Made by a program: the position numbers and the translations under genes
Notes under the pieces: model-generated
What the model saw: only the letters and a program-made list of their open reading frames with translations
Told to the model about the DNA's origin: nothing
Databases searched by the model: none
DNA from: Prasinococcaceae sp. CCMP 1430
Taxonomy: Eukaryota > Plantae > Prasinodermophyta
NCBI GenBank assembly: GCA_013416795.1
Contig: RQSC01000002.1
Location: 224,603-288,602, forward strand
Reading direction: 5' to 3'
Length of the DNA stretch: 64,000 bases
Part shown: positions 1 through 11,455 of the stretch, piece after piece
Position numbering within the stretch: position 1 is the first letter of the stretch
Layout of the letters: each line of letters begins with the position of its first letter

Positions 1-42
1 CGCGCGCCGCTCGCCCGCGCCGGAGCGCGCGCGGCGCCGCGA

Positions 43-358
43 CGGATGTAACTCCCACTCAAATCGGCTCGACCCGGCGCGGCCCCGCGTGGCTTCGGAG
101 CCCATCATAAACGGCTTTTACATCCGCCCCGCGAGGGACGCGACGCCGGCCCGCCCGCCCGATCTGCATCCGAGCCCGCTTGCCTGCGATTTGGCCCGTT
201 CCTTTGAACGGTCGGATTCGGCTCCGTCGGCGTCGCGCGGTGGGTTCTGATGAGGGCGAGTTTTGGATTTAATTTTAATTTTAATTTTAATTTATTTTAA
301 TTATTTTTACACAGTCGTTTTGGCCTCCGATTTCCACATCAGAATGCAGGGGCGGATG
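43..358. other. Candidate structured non-coding element (nested helices) with an AT-rich (TTTTAA)n tract
   Basis: Perfect complementary pairs: 43-51/118-126, 139-148/228-237, 172-176/220-224, 245-252/337-344 and 121-130/349-358. ccc-GCGA-ggg GNRA loop at 128-137. No RNA family recognised. Confidence 0.3.
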
Positions 359-887
359 GATGGCGATGGTTCCCCCGCGGCAGCGGCAGCGCGCGCGCGG
401 CCGTGGCCCCCAACGCCCCGGTGCTCGCGCGCCTGCTCCTGGCGCTCGGCTCGTTCGCGCCGCGGCGGCGCGCGCCGAGTGGCGCCCGCACGGCTGACGC
501 CCCATGCCGCCCGGCGCGGCACGCACAATCGCAGCAGCGCTGGGGGTAGGACGCTCGAGGTCACTGTGCGTCTGTTGGCATGACCAGGATCGAGCGCGGG
601 GACCCCGTATTCAATCCAGACATGAGTATTCGAGACCAGGGTAAAATATCGTTCACTTCATGGACATCACGCGCATTTCCAAGTTGCAGTCAACCTAGCC
701 TGAGGGGGAACGGGAACGGCGCCGATGGCCCTCGACCGGTTCCCCCGAGCGCGCGCGGTGTCCAGCGGCGGCGGCGCGTCGACCGCAGCCACCACACGCG
801 GTCCCCCTGCGGTGGCGGCGGGGGGCCGCCGGCGGTATAGCCCGCTGGCGGGATTGGCGCGGCATGGCCGACGGCCTGGCCCACGGC

Positions 888-888
888 T

Positions 889-920
<32 letters not shown>

Positions 921-946
921 GGGGGGGGGGGGGGGGGGGGGGGGGG
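888..946. repeat. Poly-G tract (possibly a sequencing artefact)
   Basis: About 59 nt of G interrupted by one T. Confidence 0.8.
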
Positions 947-1208
947 TCTGGCGCTGACATGCACGCACGCCGCATGCGCGCTTTTTCTCGCGCCGCGCCG
1001 CCGCCGCGGCCCAGAAAACCGCCTCCTGGGAAAATCGGCCGAGAGAAATTGATCGTTTGTCTGCGCGCTGTTTGAAACCACGCGCCACACCGCGCACACA
1101 AGGAAGAGGGAGAGAGAGAGCGCGCGAGCGAGAGAGAGAGGCGCGCGACGGCACCGTCCCGCAGCGGCCGGGGAGCGCATTCGTGCGACGGCGCACGGCA
1201 TCACCGCC

Positions 1209-1922
1209 ATGCGCAGCGCGGCGCCAGCGAGATTTCGCGCCCGGGTGGGCACCACGGGAGGCGCCAGCCACAGCACACTCGCGCGCGCGGCCGATGCGGT
1301 TGGCACCGCGATTGCCGACGAGCAAAGGCAGGCGCAAGCGGTGAACAAAAAGGCCGCCGAGCTCGAGGAGGCTGTTCGGAAGCAGCGAGCGAAGACTGAT
1401 CAGGCTGACCATGATGCCAAGGCTGCAAACGCGCGGCTGTGGGAGGCGCAGCACGAGGCGCAGCGGCACACCAACGCAGTGAGCGCGGTGCAAGCTGACT
1501 TGTCAGCAGTGACTGCGAGTGCGACGGAAATTGCGCGTGCCAAGCTCGCCATCGACTCCTTGCACGAGGACATCAAGAAGCGCACGCGCGTTGAAGCCGA
1601 GCAGACAGCGCAACTGCTCGCCAAAATGGGGAAGGTGAACCAGCACATGGCTCAGACTCTGCAGACTGGCGGGGCAACCGCGACGCCGGCCATGAGCTTG
1701 GATGCCGAGCCCCATCTCTCCGCCGTGAAAATTGCGCGCGCGTGTCTGGAGCTCCTGTACTTTGCAGTGGAGGAGGATGCGATGAAAGGCCAGCTGGCCG
1801 GCGCACCGACCGAGGAGCAGACTGGAATGGTCGCGCCAGGCACGCGCGAGGCGCACGATGCCATCGTAAGCCATGTCGACAAGGCACGCAAGGCTGTCGA
1901 GGCCGCCATCAACCGCATCTGA
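1209..1922 (+). CDS. Hypothetical coiled-coil protein (5' end uncertain)
   Basis: Protein-like helical/heptad composition (AELEEAVRKQRAK...LAIDSLHEDIKKR), followed by an AT-richer 3' region converging on L20. Confidence 0.55.
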   Translation: MRSAAPARFRARVGTTGGASHSTLARAADAVGTAIADEQRQAQAVNKKAAELEEAVRKQRAKTDQADHDAKAANARLWEAQHEAQRHTNAVSAVQADLSAVTASATEIARAKLAIDSLHEDIKKRTRVEAEQTAQLLAKMGKVNQHMAQTLQTGGATATPAMSLDAEPHLSAVKIARACLELLYFAVEEDAMKGQLAGAPTEEQTGMVAPGTREAHDAIVSHVDKARKAVEAAINRI

Positions 1923-2308
1923 AGGAGCGGAAGCCGTCGTGCTCATCCCATCAAGCGACAGGACATGCCAATGGATCCGTGCCGCCGCCGCTTTACCTAC
2001 GGACCTGCGCTACGTAGCACCCATCGTCACAAGGACTCGCACCCACATGCATGCAATGCTTGTGCACATGTCAAATGAATTCACAGCGCATGTGTGCACG
2101 GCGCGCTCGGGCCTCGACACACGCATGGCTCCGCCCGGCGCCAAGGAAGTGCCATCGCCGACGCCGCCTGCCGCCACGCTATCCACAGTGTCATACAAGA
2201 ATCAGTGATTTCGCGGAAGGTTTTACGCGCGTATGTTGTACATATGGCACACAAAAAATGAAGGACGGCTGCTGGTCGCGGCTGGCCGCCTGCGCGGAGC
2301 CCGCTCGG

Positions 2309-2985
2309 TCAGGGCGACGCGGCTCTGCGCCTCCTGAGCTCTTCCACCCCCGGCACGAATGAGTCAACGCCCTGCGCGGCCTTCACGTGCTCGACCAGCG
2401 CCCTGAAACTCTCGGGCTCCTGGTGCGCGAGCTCCGAGAGCACCTTGGTGTTGAGCGCGACGTTCTCCTTCTTGAGGCCGTGCGTCAGGTTGCCGTACGT
2501 CACCTGCCAGTCGGTGCGACCACCGGCCGCCGGAAATATAGAAGCGCAAGGATACGCACGCGCGTCAGCAGGTGGGGCGGCCGGCGCAGGCGCACGCGCC
2601 CCCTGGCCGCGCGCCTGTCAATTAGGGCAGCGCTGCTATCCGCGTGTCGCTCCGCGCATGCCTCGGCGCAGCGGCGACGCACCCCATGGTGCCTGGCGGC
2701 GGCGTTGATGCGCGTGATCCACAGTGAGCGGAACTCGCGCTTGCACTGTCGGCGGTCGCGGTACGCGAACTGCAGCGCGCGCGACACCGACTGCCTCGCG
2801 ATGCGCACGCAGTTCTTCGCGCGGCCGCGGAAGCCCTTGGCGAGCTTGAGCACCTTGTCCTGCATGCGCGGCGCGCGTGCGCGCGTCAGCCACGCGCCGC
2901 GCGTCGCGCGGCGGCCGGCGCGTCTCTTCCCTGCCACGCGCGCGCGCACCTTGTGTTGGCGGTCACGCGAAAGTACGCCATCAGC
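2309..2985 (-). CDS. rpl20: Organellar (probably mitochondrial) ribosomal protein bL20; at least 3 exons, 5' end lost at N 2986
   Basis: [16 protein letters not shown]...AYRDRR...[13 protein letters not shown]...[35 protein letters not shown] introns at 2860-2949 and 2504-2682 restore the frame. Confidence 0.93.
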
Positions 2986-2986
2986 N

Positions 2987-4411
2987 AGCGACGCCAGCAC
3001 GGTCGCCAGGCCGCTCGTCCACACGATCATCTCCGGGTGCGTCGCCGCGCCCGCCTTGGACTGCTCGGGAGGCGGCAGCGGCGGCGGCCGTGGCAGCAGG
3101 GGTGGGGGAGGCGGCGGCAGGGGTGGCCGGGTCGGCGGCGCTCGCGTTCGAGGTCGACGGCCTGGCACTCAGCGCGCTCGCGCCTGCGACACCCGCGGAG
3201 CACCGCGCGGCCATCGCGTCCGTCACTAGGTATTGCATGTGTTGGGCGGGAGCGTTCGTGGTGAGTGCGCCCCCCGCACGGACCACCCACCCACGCGTAC
3301 CACTGCCGTGCGACGCATCCCTGCTGACAGCCCACACCCCACATCTCCCATCCCTGACGCCACACAAACCACCAACGCGACCCGGTTCGATCCACCAAAC
3401 AACCGAACAAATGGGCCCCGGCGGTAGGCATCCCGCCTCGCGCTCGCCTCGCGGCCGTTTGGCGATGCGGCGCGCCTCGTGGCTTGTTTCCACGCCATCG
3501 CCGCCGTCGCGCTCGCAGCACGGGCCACCCGCGCTGAGCGCGTCCTCGACGGCACAGCAGGCGCGCGATCGTCGGCCGCGGAGCTCGCGGCACTCGTGCC
3601 ATCGGCGGCCTATTACACCGTCGATGCTGTTGCGCGCGCGCTCGACAGCGAGGGCACCGGGGGTGCTGAGACCACCGCACGGCTCGTGGCGACGTGCGCG
3701 CTGACGTACGGCGTCATGGAGGGCTCGTGCGGCGCGGAGCTGCTGCTGCTGCTGCTGCTGCTCGAGCTGCCCCACGCGCCGCTTCACGCGAGCGCTGCGC
3801 TAGCCAGCAGGAGACGAGGTTCAGACGGCTCAGATGGCACGGTCTCGGTCGCTTCTGTTGCCGCGGCGTGCGCAGCAGCTGCGTTCTGGCCCGCCTTTGT
3901 TGCATGCCGCTTCGTCGCGCTGCCCGCGCTCGCACTGGTGCTGCTCAGGCGCACTGGCGATGATGGAAAGACGCCCTGGAGTGCGTGGGCGGCGCTCAGC
4001 GCGCTGGCGACCTCGTGTCTCCTCGCGAGCGCCGCGCGCAGGAGCGGCGACGGCCTCGCCGGGCTCGTCGAAGGCGGCGGTGACGACGCGAAGCTCGCGC
4101 GCCTTGGCGAGGCCGCCGCGCTCTCCGCCGAGGCGGTCGCGGGGCAGCGAGGTGCGAAGGCGGCGGCGGCGAGCCGCAAGAACCCGCCCCCGCCGTCGGA
4201 GCAGGAGGGCGGGTGGGGCGAGCAGCCTCCGCGGCGCGACAAGGGCGACGACGAGGCGCGCCCGCTGATGACTTTCAAGGAGTTCCTCGCCGCGGAGCGA
4301 GCCAAGGAGACGGCGAAGAAGGCGGCGCGCGGGGCAGAGAAGGAGGAGGAGGGAGAAGGGGCGCACAAGCGCGCGGGTTACGCCGGCGCGCGCTCGACCC
4401 GCAGGCGCTGA
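2987..4411 (+). CDS. TLC (TRAM/LAG1/CLN8)-like membrane protein, 5'-partial
   Basis: RLVACFHA, LLLLELPHAPLH and AFVACRFVALP resemble TLC-domain motifs. Phase-0 intron 3261-3427 (GTGAGT donor, GCTGAC branch, TAG acceptor). Confidence 0.5.
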
Positions 4412-4734
4412 GCAGGGGACGGCCCCGGCGCGCAGGCGCCGCGCGCATGGGCTGAGCGCCGCGAGCCCGCGCGGTCCGGCGCCGGCCCCGTCGATGCCGT
4501 CGATCGACACCCACCTGTACCATAGACCCTAAACCAAATACCCATTACCCAACCCACAGCCGCGCGCGCCAGGCGACACCGCGCGCGCGCGCCGCTCGCC
4601 GGCATGCGCGTTTGATATGGAATAGGTCAAACCGAAAGGGAGAGGGCGGCGGGCGCGCATCCCGCGCGCGCACGGGATTCCGGAGCGCCCCGGGGCTGCC
4701 GTCGCGGCGGCGCGTCGCTTAGCGCGCGCCTACG

Positions 4735-4863
4735 ATGGACCCGAGCCGGTGCGTGCCAGCGCCTTGGGGCGGGGCGCGGGGGCGAGCGCTCGCCGCGGCG
4801 GTGCGGCCTGCGGGGTCGGATCAGGAGCAAGGGGGACACGGGAGCACGCCGGCGCCCCAGCAG

Positions 4864-4895
<32 letters not shown>

Positions 4896-7467
4896 GCAGC
4901 AGCAGCAGCCTACCCCCTCGGCCGCAGCGACCGCCTCGGCGGACGGCGATGCGCTGCCGGTGCCGCCGCTGCCCGCTTCCGCCGGTGCGCCGGGCGTCGC
5001 GCTGCTCGACGTGTCCGACATGAAGTGCGCGGGCTGCAGCGCGGCGGTGAAGCGCATGCTCGAGGCCGACGGTCGCGTCGAGAGCGCCAGCGTCAACCTG
5101 GTGACGGGCCTCGCGGCGGTGACGCTCGCGCCTGGCACGCAGGGCGCGGGCACGCCCGCCGCGGCGGAGGCGCTCGCCGAGCTCGTGTCGGGCAAGGGCT
5201 TCCCCGCGGCGCCGCGCGACGCCTCAAGCGGCGGGCGGTCGCTTCGCGAGGCTGCCGCCGCCGCTGAGGAGCGCCGCGCGGCGGCGGTGGGCAAGGCGAC
5301 CTCCGAGGTGGCCGCGGCCTTCGGCCTGGTCGCGCTGTGCTTCCTGGGCCACGCGGGCCACCACCTGCACCACATGGGCATGCACTCGGTGGCGCACCTG
5401 CCGGTGCTCGGTGCGCTTGCCAGCGAGCCCGCGCGCGCGGCTGTCGCCGCCGCCGCGCTGCTCGGCCCCGGCCGCGGCATCCTCGTCGATGGCACGCGCG
5501 CGCTGCTGCGCGGGAGCCCCAACATGAACAGCCTGGTGTCGGTGGGCACCACGGCGGCCTTCGCCACGGGCGCCGCCGCTCTGCTCGTCCCGGGACTCGG
5601 CTGGGAGTACGCGGCGCTCGACGAGCCGGTCATGCTACTGGCGTTCATCCTGCTCGGGCGCTCCCTGGAGGCGCGCGCGCGCGCGCAAGCGGGCGCTGAC
5701 CTGCGCTCGCTCGCGGAGCTGCTGCCCGCCGAGGCGCGCCTGCTCGTCGGTGGTGAGGGCGGCCCCGTGGCCGCGGAGTCGGCGCTCGCTTCGCCCTCGA
5801 TGGGCGTGCCGCTCGAGTCCGTCCAGCCGGGCGACGTGCTGCTCGTGCTGCCGGGCGACAAGGTGCCCGTCGACGGCGAGATCGTCTCTGAGGGGGGCAC
5901 GACGGTCGACGAGGCGCTCATGACCGGGGAGCCGCTGCCGGTGCCCAAGGCGCGCGGCGACAGCGTCATCGCCGGCACGGTGAACGTCGACGCGCCGATC
6001 GCGGTGCGCTGCGCGTCCACCGGTGCCGACACGGCCCTCGCGGGCATCGCGCGCATGGTGGAAGACGCGCAGGCGCGGCAGGCGCCCGTGCAGCAGCTGG
6101 CCGACCGCGTCGCCGGGCCGTTCGCCTTCTCCGTCATGGGGCTTTCGGCGGCCACGGCAGGATTCTGGCTCTCTGCGGGACCCGCGCTCTTCCCCGGCGC
6201 GCTCGCAGCCTCGGGCGCCGTCAGCAGCACCGCGCTGGCGGTCAAGCTCGCCATCGACGTGCTGGTGGTGGCCTGTCCGTGCGCACTGGGGCTCGCCACG
6301 CCCACGGCCGTGCTGGTGGGCACCTCGCTGGGCGCGCGCCGGGGGCTGCTCGTGCGCGGTGGCGACGCGCTCGAGCGCCTGGCGCGCGCCGACACCGTCG
6401 TCTTCGACAAGACGGGCACGCTCACTGAGGGGCGCCCCGTCGTGGTGGGTGCGGCTGTCACGGCGGGCGCCGATGAGGCGCGGCTGCTCGGGCTTTCTGC
6501 TGCCGTCGAGGCAGGTTCCCAGCACCCTGTCGCGCAGGCCATTGTCGACCGCGCTGCGCGTGCGCGTGGCGACGAAGACGCAGGTCCCGCCCCGCGCGTT
6601 GCCGAGGCGTACAGCTCTGCGGGCAACGGCGCGTTCGCCGAGGTGGACGGTGTGGGCGTGGCGGTCGGCGGCCTCGAGTGGGTGCTTGAGGCCATCGGCG
6701 AGACAGATGCGCAGGGCTCCGCGCGCGAAGCTGCCGAGGCCCTCGCGCGCGAGGCAGAGGCGGCCGGCGGTGGCGGTGCTGGCACGCGCGTCTTCGTGGG
6801 CGTCCGCGGCGAGGGCGTGCTCGGAGCGATCTCGCTGCGCGATACGCCGCGCGGCGACGCTGCCCCTTCGCTTGCGGCCTTGCACCGCATGGGCCTGCGC
6901 ACGCTCATGTTCTCCGGCGACCAGCCCGCCGCTGCCGCCGAGGTAGGCGCCGAGCTGGGGCTCGCCGCTGCGGACGTGCGCGGCGGCATGAAGCCCGCCG
7001 ACAAGGCCGATGGCGTGCGCAAGCTGCAGGAGGAGGGGCGCGTTGTGGTGATGGTTGGCGACGGCGTGAACGACGCGCCCGCTCTGGCGGCTGCCGACGC
7101 TGGTGTGGCGTTTGCGAGCGGTGTCGACGCGGCCGGAGATGCCGCGGGTGTCGTGCTGCTCGGCGGCCGCGTCGGGCAGGTCGTTGAGGTCATCGACCTC
7201 GGCCGCCAGACGATGGGCAAAATTCATCAGAACCTGCTGTGGGCGGTGGCGTACAACGTGGTGGGCATTCCGCTTGCGGCTGGTGCGCTGCTGCCGTACG
7301 CGGGCGTGGCACTGAACCCGTCGGCGGCGGGTGCGATGATGGCCTTTAGCTCCATCGCGGTGGTGCTCAACAGCGTCGCGCTGCGCGGCAAGACGCTTGC
7401 CAAGGGCATCCTCGAAGAGCCAGCTGGCGAGCTTGGCGGCGCGCCCCTGCCGGCCGCGCGGCACTGA
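4735..7467 (+). CDS. HMA8: P1B-1 Cu(+)-transporting P-type ATPase, plastid PAA2/HMA8-like
   Basis: HMA domain MKCAGC, TGEP, CPC, DKTGTLT, HP, GDGVNDAPAL, YN and MAFSS. His-rich GHAGHHLHH segment after TM-A as in PAA2. N-terminal transit-like extension with polyQ. Confidence 0.92.
4858..4908 (+). repeat. (CAG/CAA)n microsatellite encoding polyQ
   Basis: Read directly; lies in the ATPase N-terminal extension. Confidence 0.95.
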
Positions 7468-7482
7468 GCTCGCGGGCTTCCA

Positions 7483-7487
7483 TGTAA
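7483..7487 (+). promoter_or_regulatory. TGTAA green-algal polyadenylation signal
   Basis: 16 nt after the HMA8 stop. The same motif follows other stops: 17385(+), 28018(+), 11410(-), 22146(-), 28040(-), 35446(-), 54194(-). Confidence 0.7.
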
Positions 7488-7665
7488 CACCACGCTGTTT
7501 AATACTTTCCTGAGGGGTTGCAATGCCGGTCCGGGCGCGCCGGCGCCCATCGAAATCATGGCTGCGCATAGTGGAGAGCATGGCTACCTGGTACAGAATC
7601 TACAGTTCATTAGGAGAAAAAATGTTGTGTTTGGTGGCGCACAATGCTCGTCCGCGCCCTCGCAC

Positions 7666-10600
7666 TCAGCGCCTGGAGCTCCAGGGCGAGAACGATGTCG
7701 AGCACGAGGTCGAGCCAACGCGCCCGCCGGCAATGCACATGCTTTCACCGTCGCCAAGCAGGTTCGTGCGTGCCATCTGCGCTGTGGCCGCGGCGATTGC
7801 TGACGCCTGCTGCGGGGTGTATGCGTTGGCGTAGGCACCCCCCGCGCGCAGCGTCGCCGCCGGTACCTTGCGCGGCTGACCCGAGGCCGTCACGATGCGC
7901 TGGACGCCGGATGCGTTTGCCGTACTCCTGTGAGGCGCTTTGTCCCCGGGGTCCGCCGGGCGGCAGTTGCCGTAGTTGTCAACGACGATCAAACTGCGTA
8001 GAGGCGCGGCACGGCCACTGGCGCTCTCACGGCGGATATTCGGCAAGTTTCCCTTCTCGTTCGTGGCATTCCCTGTCACACCGCTGAGTCCAGCGTTCGA
8101 TGTGCGCCGCAAGCCCGAACCCTCCGAGCGACGGGAGCCAGGCAGGCCGCGCGCGGCGAGCGGCGCACCACCAACGCCATGGCGAGTTGCACCCCCCTCC
8201 GGGGTGCCCGGGACGAGGCCCTGCGGGTCAGAAGAGCTCCGCAGCGCTCCGCTGGAGTCGATGGTGCGTCTCAGCGGCTGGCGGCCCTCGCGCCCCACGC
8301 GGGGGCGGTGCATATTCTGCAATGTGTCGGTAGCGAGCGTGCGGCTCACCGGAGCGTTGCGGTCGCGCCGCGTGGGCCATTCACAGCCGGTGTGAGCGTA
8401 TTCGAGAGGGCGCGTGCCTGTGCGCAACGGTTTGAGCGGGCTCGAGTGGCACGCGTTTGCCTTCGGGGTCACGCTCCTGACAGGTGCAGGCACACCCTCG
8501 AGCTCTCCGCTTTCAGCCGTTGGCCGGAGCGCTTCTGCGTGCGTGCTGCTGCTCCCACGCGCCGACGAGCGGCTGCCCGACGAGCGGCTGCTGCTGCTGC
8601 GGCTGCTCGCAACAGAGCTCGCATACTCGCGTCGAGCCGCCGCAGCGCGCTGCGCGTCTCCGAAGGCCCACAGCCGCTCCTCCATCTGGCGCAGGAAGTG
8701 CTGCTGCGGCCCAATCACGCTGCCTGGCCGACAGATGCGAATGTAGGCGATTGCCTCGTTGGCCGTGAAACGCCATTCTTTCATCATCCATGAGCAGATG
8801 AGCACACCGGTGCGCCCCAGCCCAGCCTTGCAGTGCACGGCGAAGGCACCCTCCTCGGTGTCGGCGAGCTCCAGAAAGCGCCGCAGGATGGCCTCGCTAG
8901 GGCATGTGCCATCGGGGAAGTACATATCGTGGTGCGCGATGCCCGCGTTTGTGAAGCGCCGACGGTCATACATCTTCTTGTTGAGGCGCACCACGTGGCG
9001 CACATTGCGTTTGTGATAGTAGTCGATGTAGTCCTCGGGCACGAGCGTGCGATACCCGCAGAACTCGGTGTGCCGCGCGCTGGGGCCCGAGAAGGCAACG
9101 AACTTTCCTGGCACGATCCAGTTGAGATCGCCGTTCTCAACGCGCTCGAAGTGCTCGTACTCATCGATGTCGAAGGACGAGGGAGCCCCCCCGTGCGCTG
9201 CGGGCCAATCGATGAGCCCAACGCTGCGCGCCTTGGCCACTGCGCGCAGGCAGTCGAGCGGCGTCAGGCTGAACGTCGACGCGCAGCAGCTCGCGTCGCG
9301 GTACGGCACGAACGGCTTTGCCGTCGACACCAGCTTGTACGCCTCGTCGGCGCTCCAGCCCCACTCGAGCACGCAGAACGCGCCGACCAGCACCGCTGAA
9401 TTGGAGCGGAGGTGCGGGTCTGCTCCACACACGTAGTACACCTGGCATCCCTCCTCTTGGCCCTTGGACAGCAGCCCGCGCAGCTTCTCCACGAACCGAT
9501 ACAACAGCCCGAGGTTCAGGGGCCCAAAGTCTGCGAAGAAAGGCTCATAGAGCTGTAACGTTCGTACGCGATGTGCGAGTGCGCGTGTGCGTGCGGGGTG
9601 AGTGTGTGTGAGTGTGTGTGTGTGTGTGTGTTGGGGGGAGGAAGGAGGCGTCAGCGTGCGCAATCAACACCCGCACACGCGCTGTGCCCAACCCATCCCA
9701 TCCCACCCGTATCCGCACGGCCGCGCCCTCGCCTCCCCCCTTCCCCCGCCCCGTGCGACCACCACCACCACACTCACGCGCCCCCGCGCCCCAGCGAGGC
9801 ACGCGACAGGTGGGGGCGCATGGGCCGGCGCGCTGTTATCCGATGCGCCGGGGAACGCATTCGCGCGGTTCCCGCGCGCCGGCCATTTTGATGGCAATTT
9901 TGCATGCTTTTCTTGTATTCCCCGGTGTCGGGCGCGCGCGCGAACCGGGGCTTTTGGCGGGACGCGCCTCGGCGGCGCGCGCGGGCCGCTTTGATGGGGT
10001 TTTCGCATGCTTCGGTTCCCCGAGCGCGCGCGCGCGCGAACGAGCGGCGAGGGCCACCGTTCGCGGGACGCTCGCTCGCGCGGGGGCGGACGACCGCATG
10101 GCCGCAGCGGCGCGCGCATGGCACGCGCGCACCCGCAGCCGCCGCGGTGGCTCCCGAGGGGCACGGCGGCAGCCAGCCTGGACAAAAAAAAAAGGAAGAA
10201 AAAGAATGTCGCTGCCCATGCGTTTCGACGGTTTTGCGTTGGCAGCCGCCGCCACAAGAGAAAATATGAACAACGCAGCTGCTGAGCGCAGACAGTTGGA
10301 TGGCGGGCGCGTAGGGGTGCGCCGCGCGGCATGAACGGGGCGCACTCGGTGCGCCCGACATGAACGCGGCGCGGCGCGGCGCGGTCCAGGCAAGCCGCAG
10401 CGAGCGCGCGGGCGGCGCACGTCCGTGCGGAAAGGAGCGATGCGGCAGCACGGCGCGTCCCGTCGCGCCCCGGCGCGGCGCGGCACGCAGCGGCGCGGCG
10501 CACGCACCAGCTCGTCGTCGGAGCAGTAGACGATGTTGCGCTCGGCGATCTGCGACCTGCGCAGGGCGTCGGGTCGTCGCACCACGCCGAAGTGCAAACC

Positions 10601-10681
10601 CCGCTCAGCGCACATGCACACCGCCGACCGCAGCTCATCCGATGCCGCACCCCTGTCCGAAGCCGCGTAGCGAGTAGCCAT
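7666..10681 (-). CDS. CDC14: Cdc14 dual-specificity phosphatase; exons 10681-10508 and 9552-7666
   Basis: Splicing the 955-nt intron 9553-10507 gives DDEL|LYEPFFADFGPLNL. ENGDLNWIVPGKF, FPDG, catalytic HCKAGLGRTG and RPGSVIGPQQ. Confidence 0.96.
9595..9630. repeat. Imperfect (TG)n microsatellite in the CDC14 intron
   Basis: Read directly. Confidence 0.9.
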
Positions 10682-11455
10682 GCCCGCCCGCCTCGTGCCC
10701 CCCCCCCCCCTGCGCACAGGCCGCGCGATCTCGACGTGCCTTCTGAGCGGCCTGCCCTGCCCCCCCCGCTCACCCCCCCCACCCCAAAGTAGCCCACCCC
10801 TCGCCGCGCCGCCCCTGCCCCAGCAGCCTGTGCAGCGCTGAGCGCGCGGCGTTTGGCGCCAACGCAGCTCATCCGCGCCGAGTGTGCTGGCGACGCTGCC
10901 GAGTGCCCGCTCGCGCCCACACCCACAGTTACAGCAAAAAGTTTGTTAGTAGGTCTTGGGGCATTGGCGAATGAAACACGACCCCTGCCACGTGCAGAGG
11001 AATCCACCTTGTGCAGTACCGGAAGCTGCGTACCATCAGATGGACACCACGCGAGAATTGGCGCAGAAGAAAGGTGTGGTCGAGAGCCCCTCACGTCAGC
11101 CGACGCCCCGGAGTAGCGTAACCGTCGCGTTGAACGTTTTTAGATTTGTAGATAATGTTCTCTTTTCTTGAAAAGAAAGAGGAAATGCATCTACATTCAT
11201 ACGGCGTCAGAAGTGTTTTCCCCCGAAATTGCTTCAACGTGGACGCACTGTGTCAGTGTCCGTTGCTGCACAGTTGCCTCTTCACGGCCGTTCGGGCTCG
11301 CCCGCGACCTCCTGCCCTTACATTTTGATATGCGTCGACTCGAAAACAAGGAAATGGATCGAAATGATATCAAAATGCATGAATCGGCGGCTGTGACGCC
11401 GTCCCAGTCTTACAATGGGACAGGCGCAAAGCGTGGGCGCGCGCTCTCTGCGTGG

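Noticed and set aside
112-121. GGCTTTTAC as U5 snRNA loop 1
   Set aside because: Does not match the invariant GCCTTTTAC and is not in the expected stem context
246-262. CTGATGAG as a hammerhead ribozyme core or snoRNA C box
   Set aside because: No GAAA after a stem II, and no matching box D/terminal stem found
690-1493. Poly-Pro/poly-Gly ORFs around 888-946 (and 41122-41168)
   Set aside because: Translations of homopolymer G tracts that are probably sequencing artefacts
4821-7581. Long antisense ORFs (799 and 648 aa here; also 32595-35039, 47122-50133, 30642-31892)
   Set aside because: Shadow frames of real genes caused by high GC and codon bias; no independent motifs
10853-11116. 87-aa + strand ORF between CDC14 and NSUN5
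   Set aside because: No ATG start and no recognisable motif; cannot be supported
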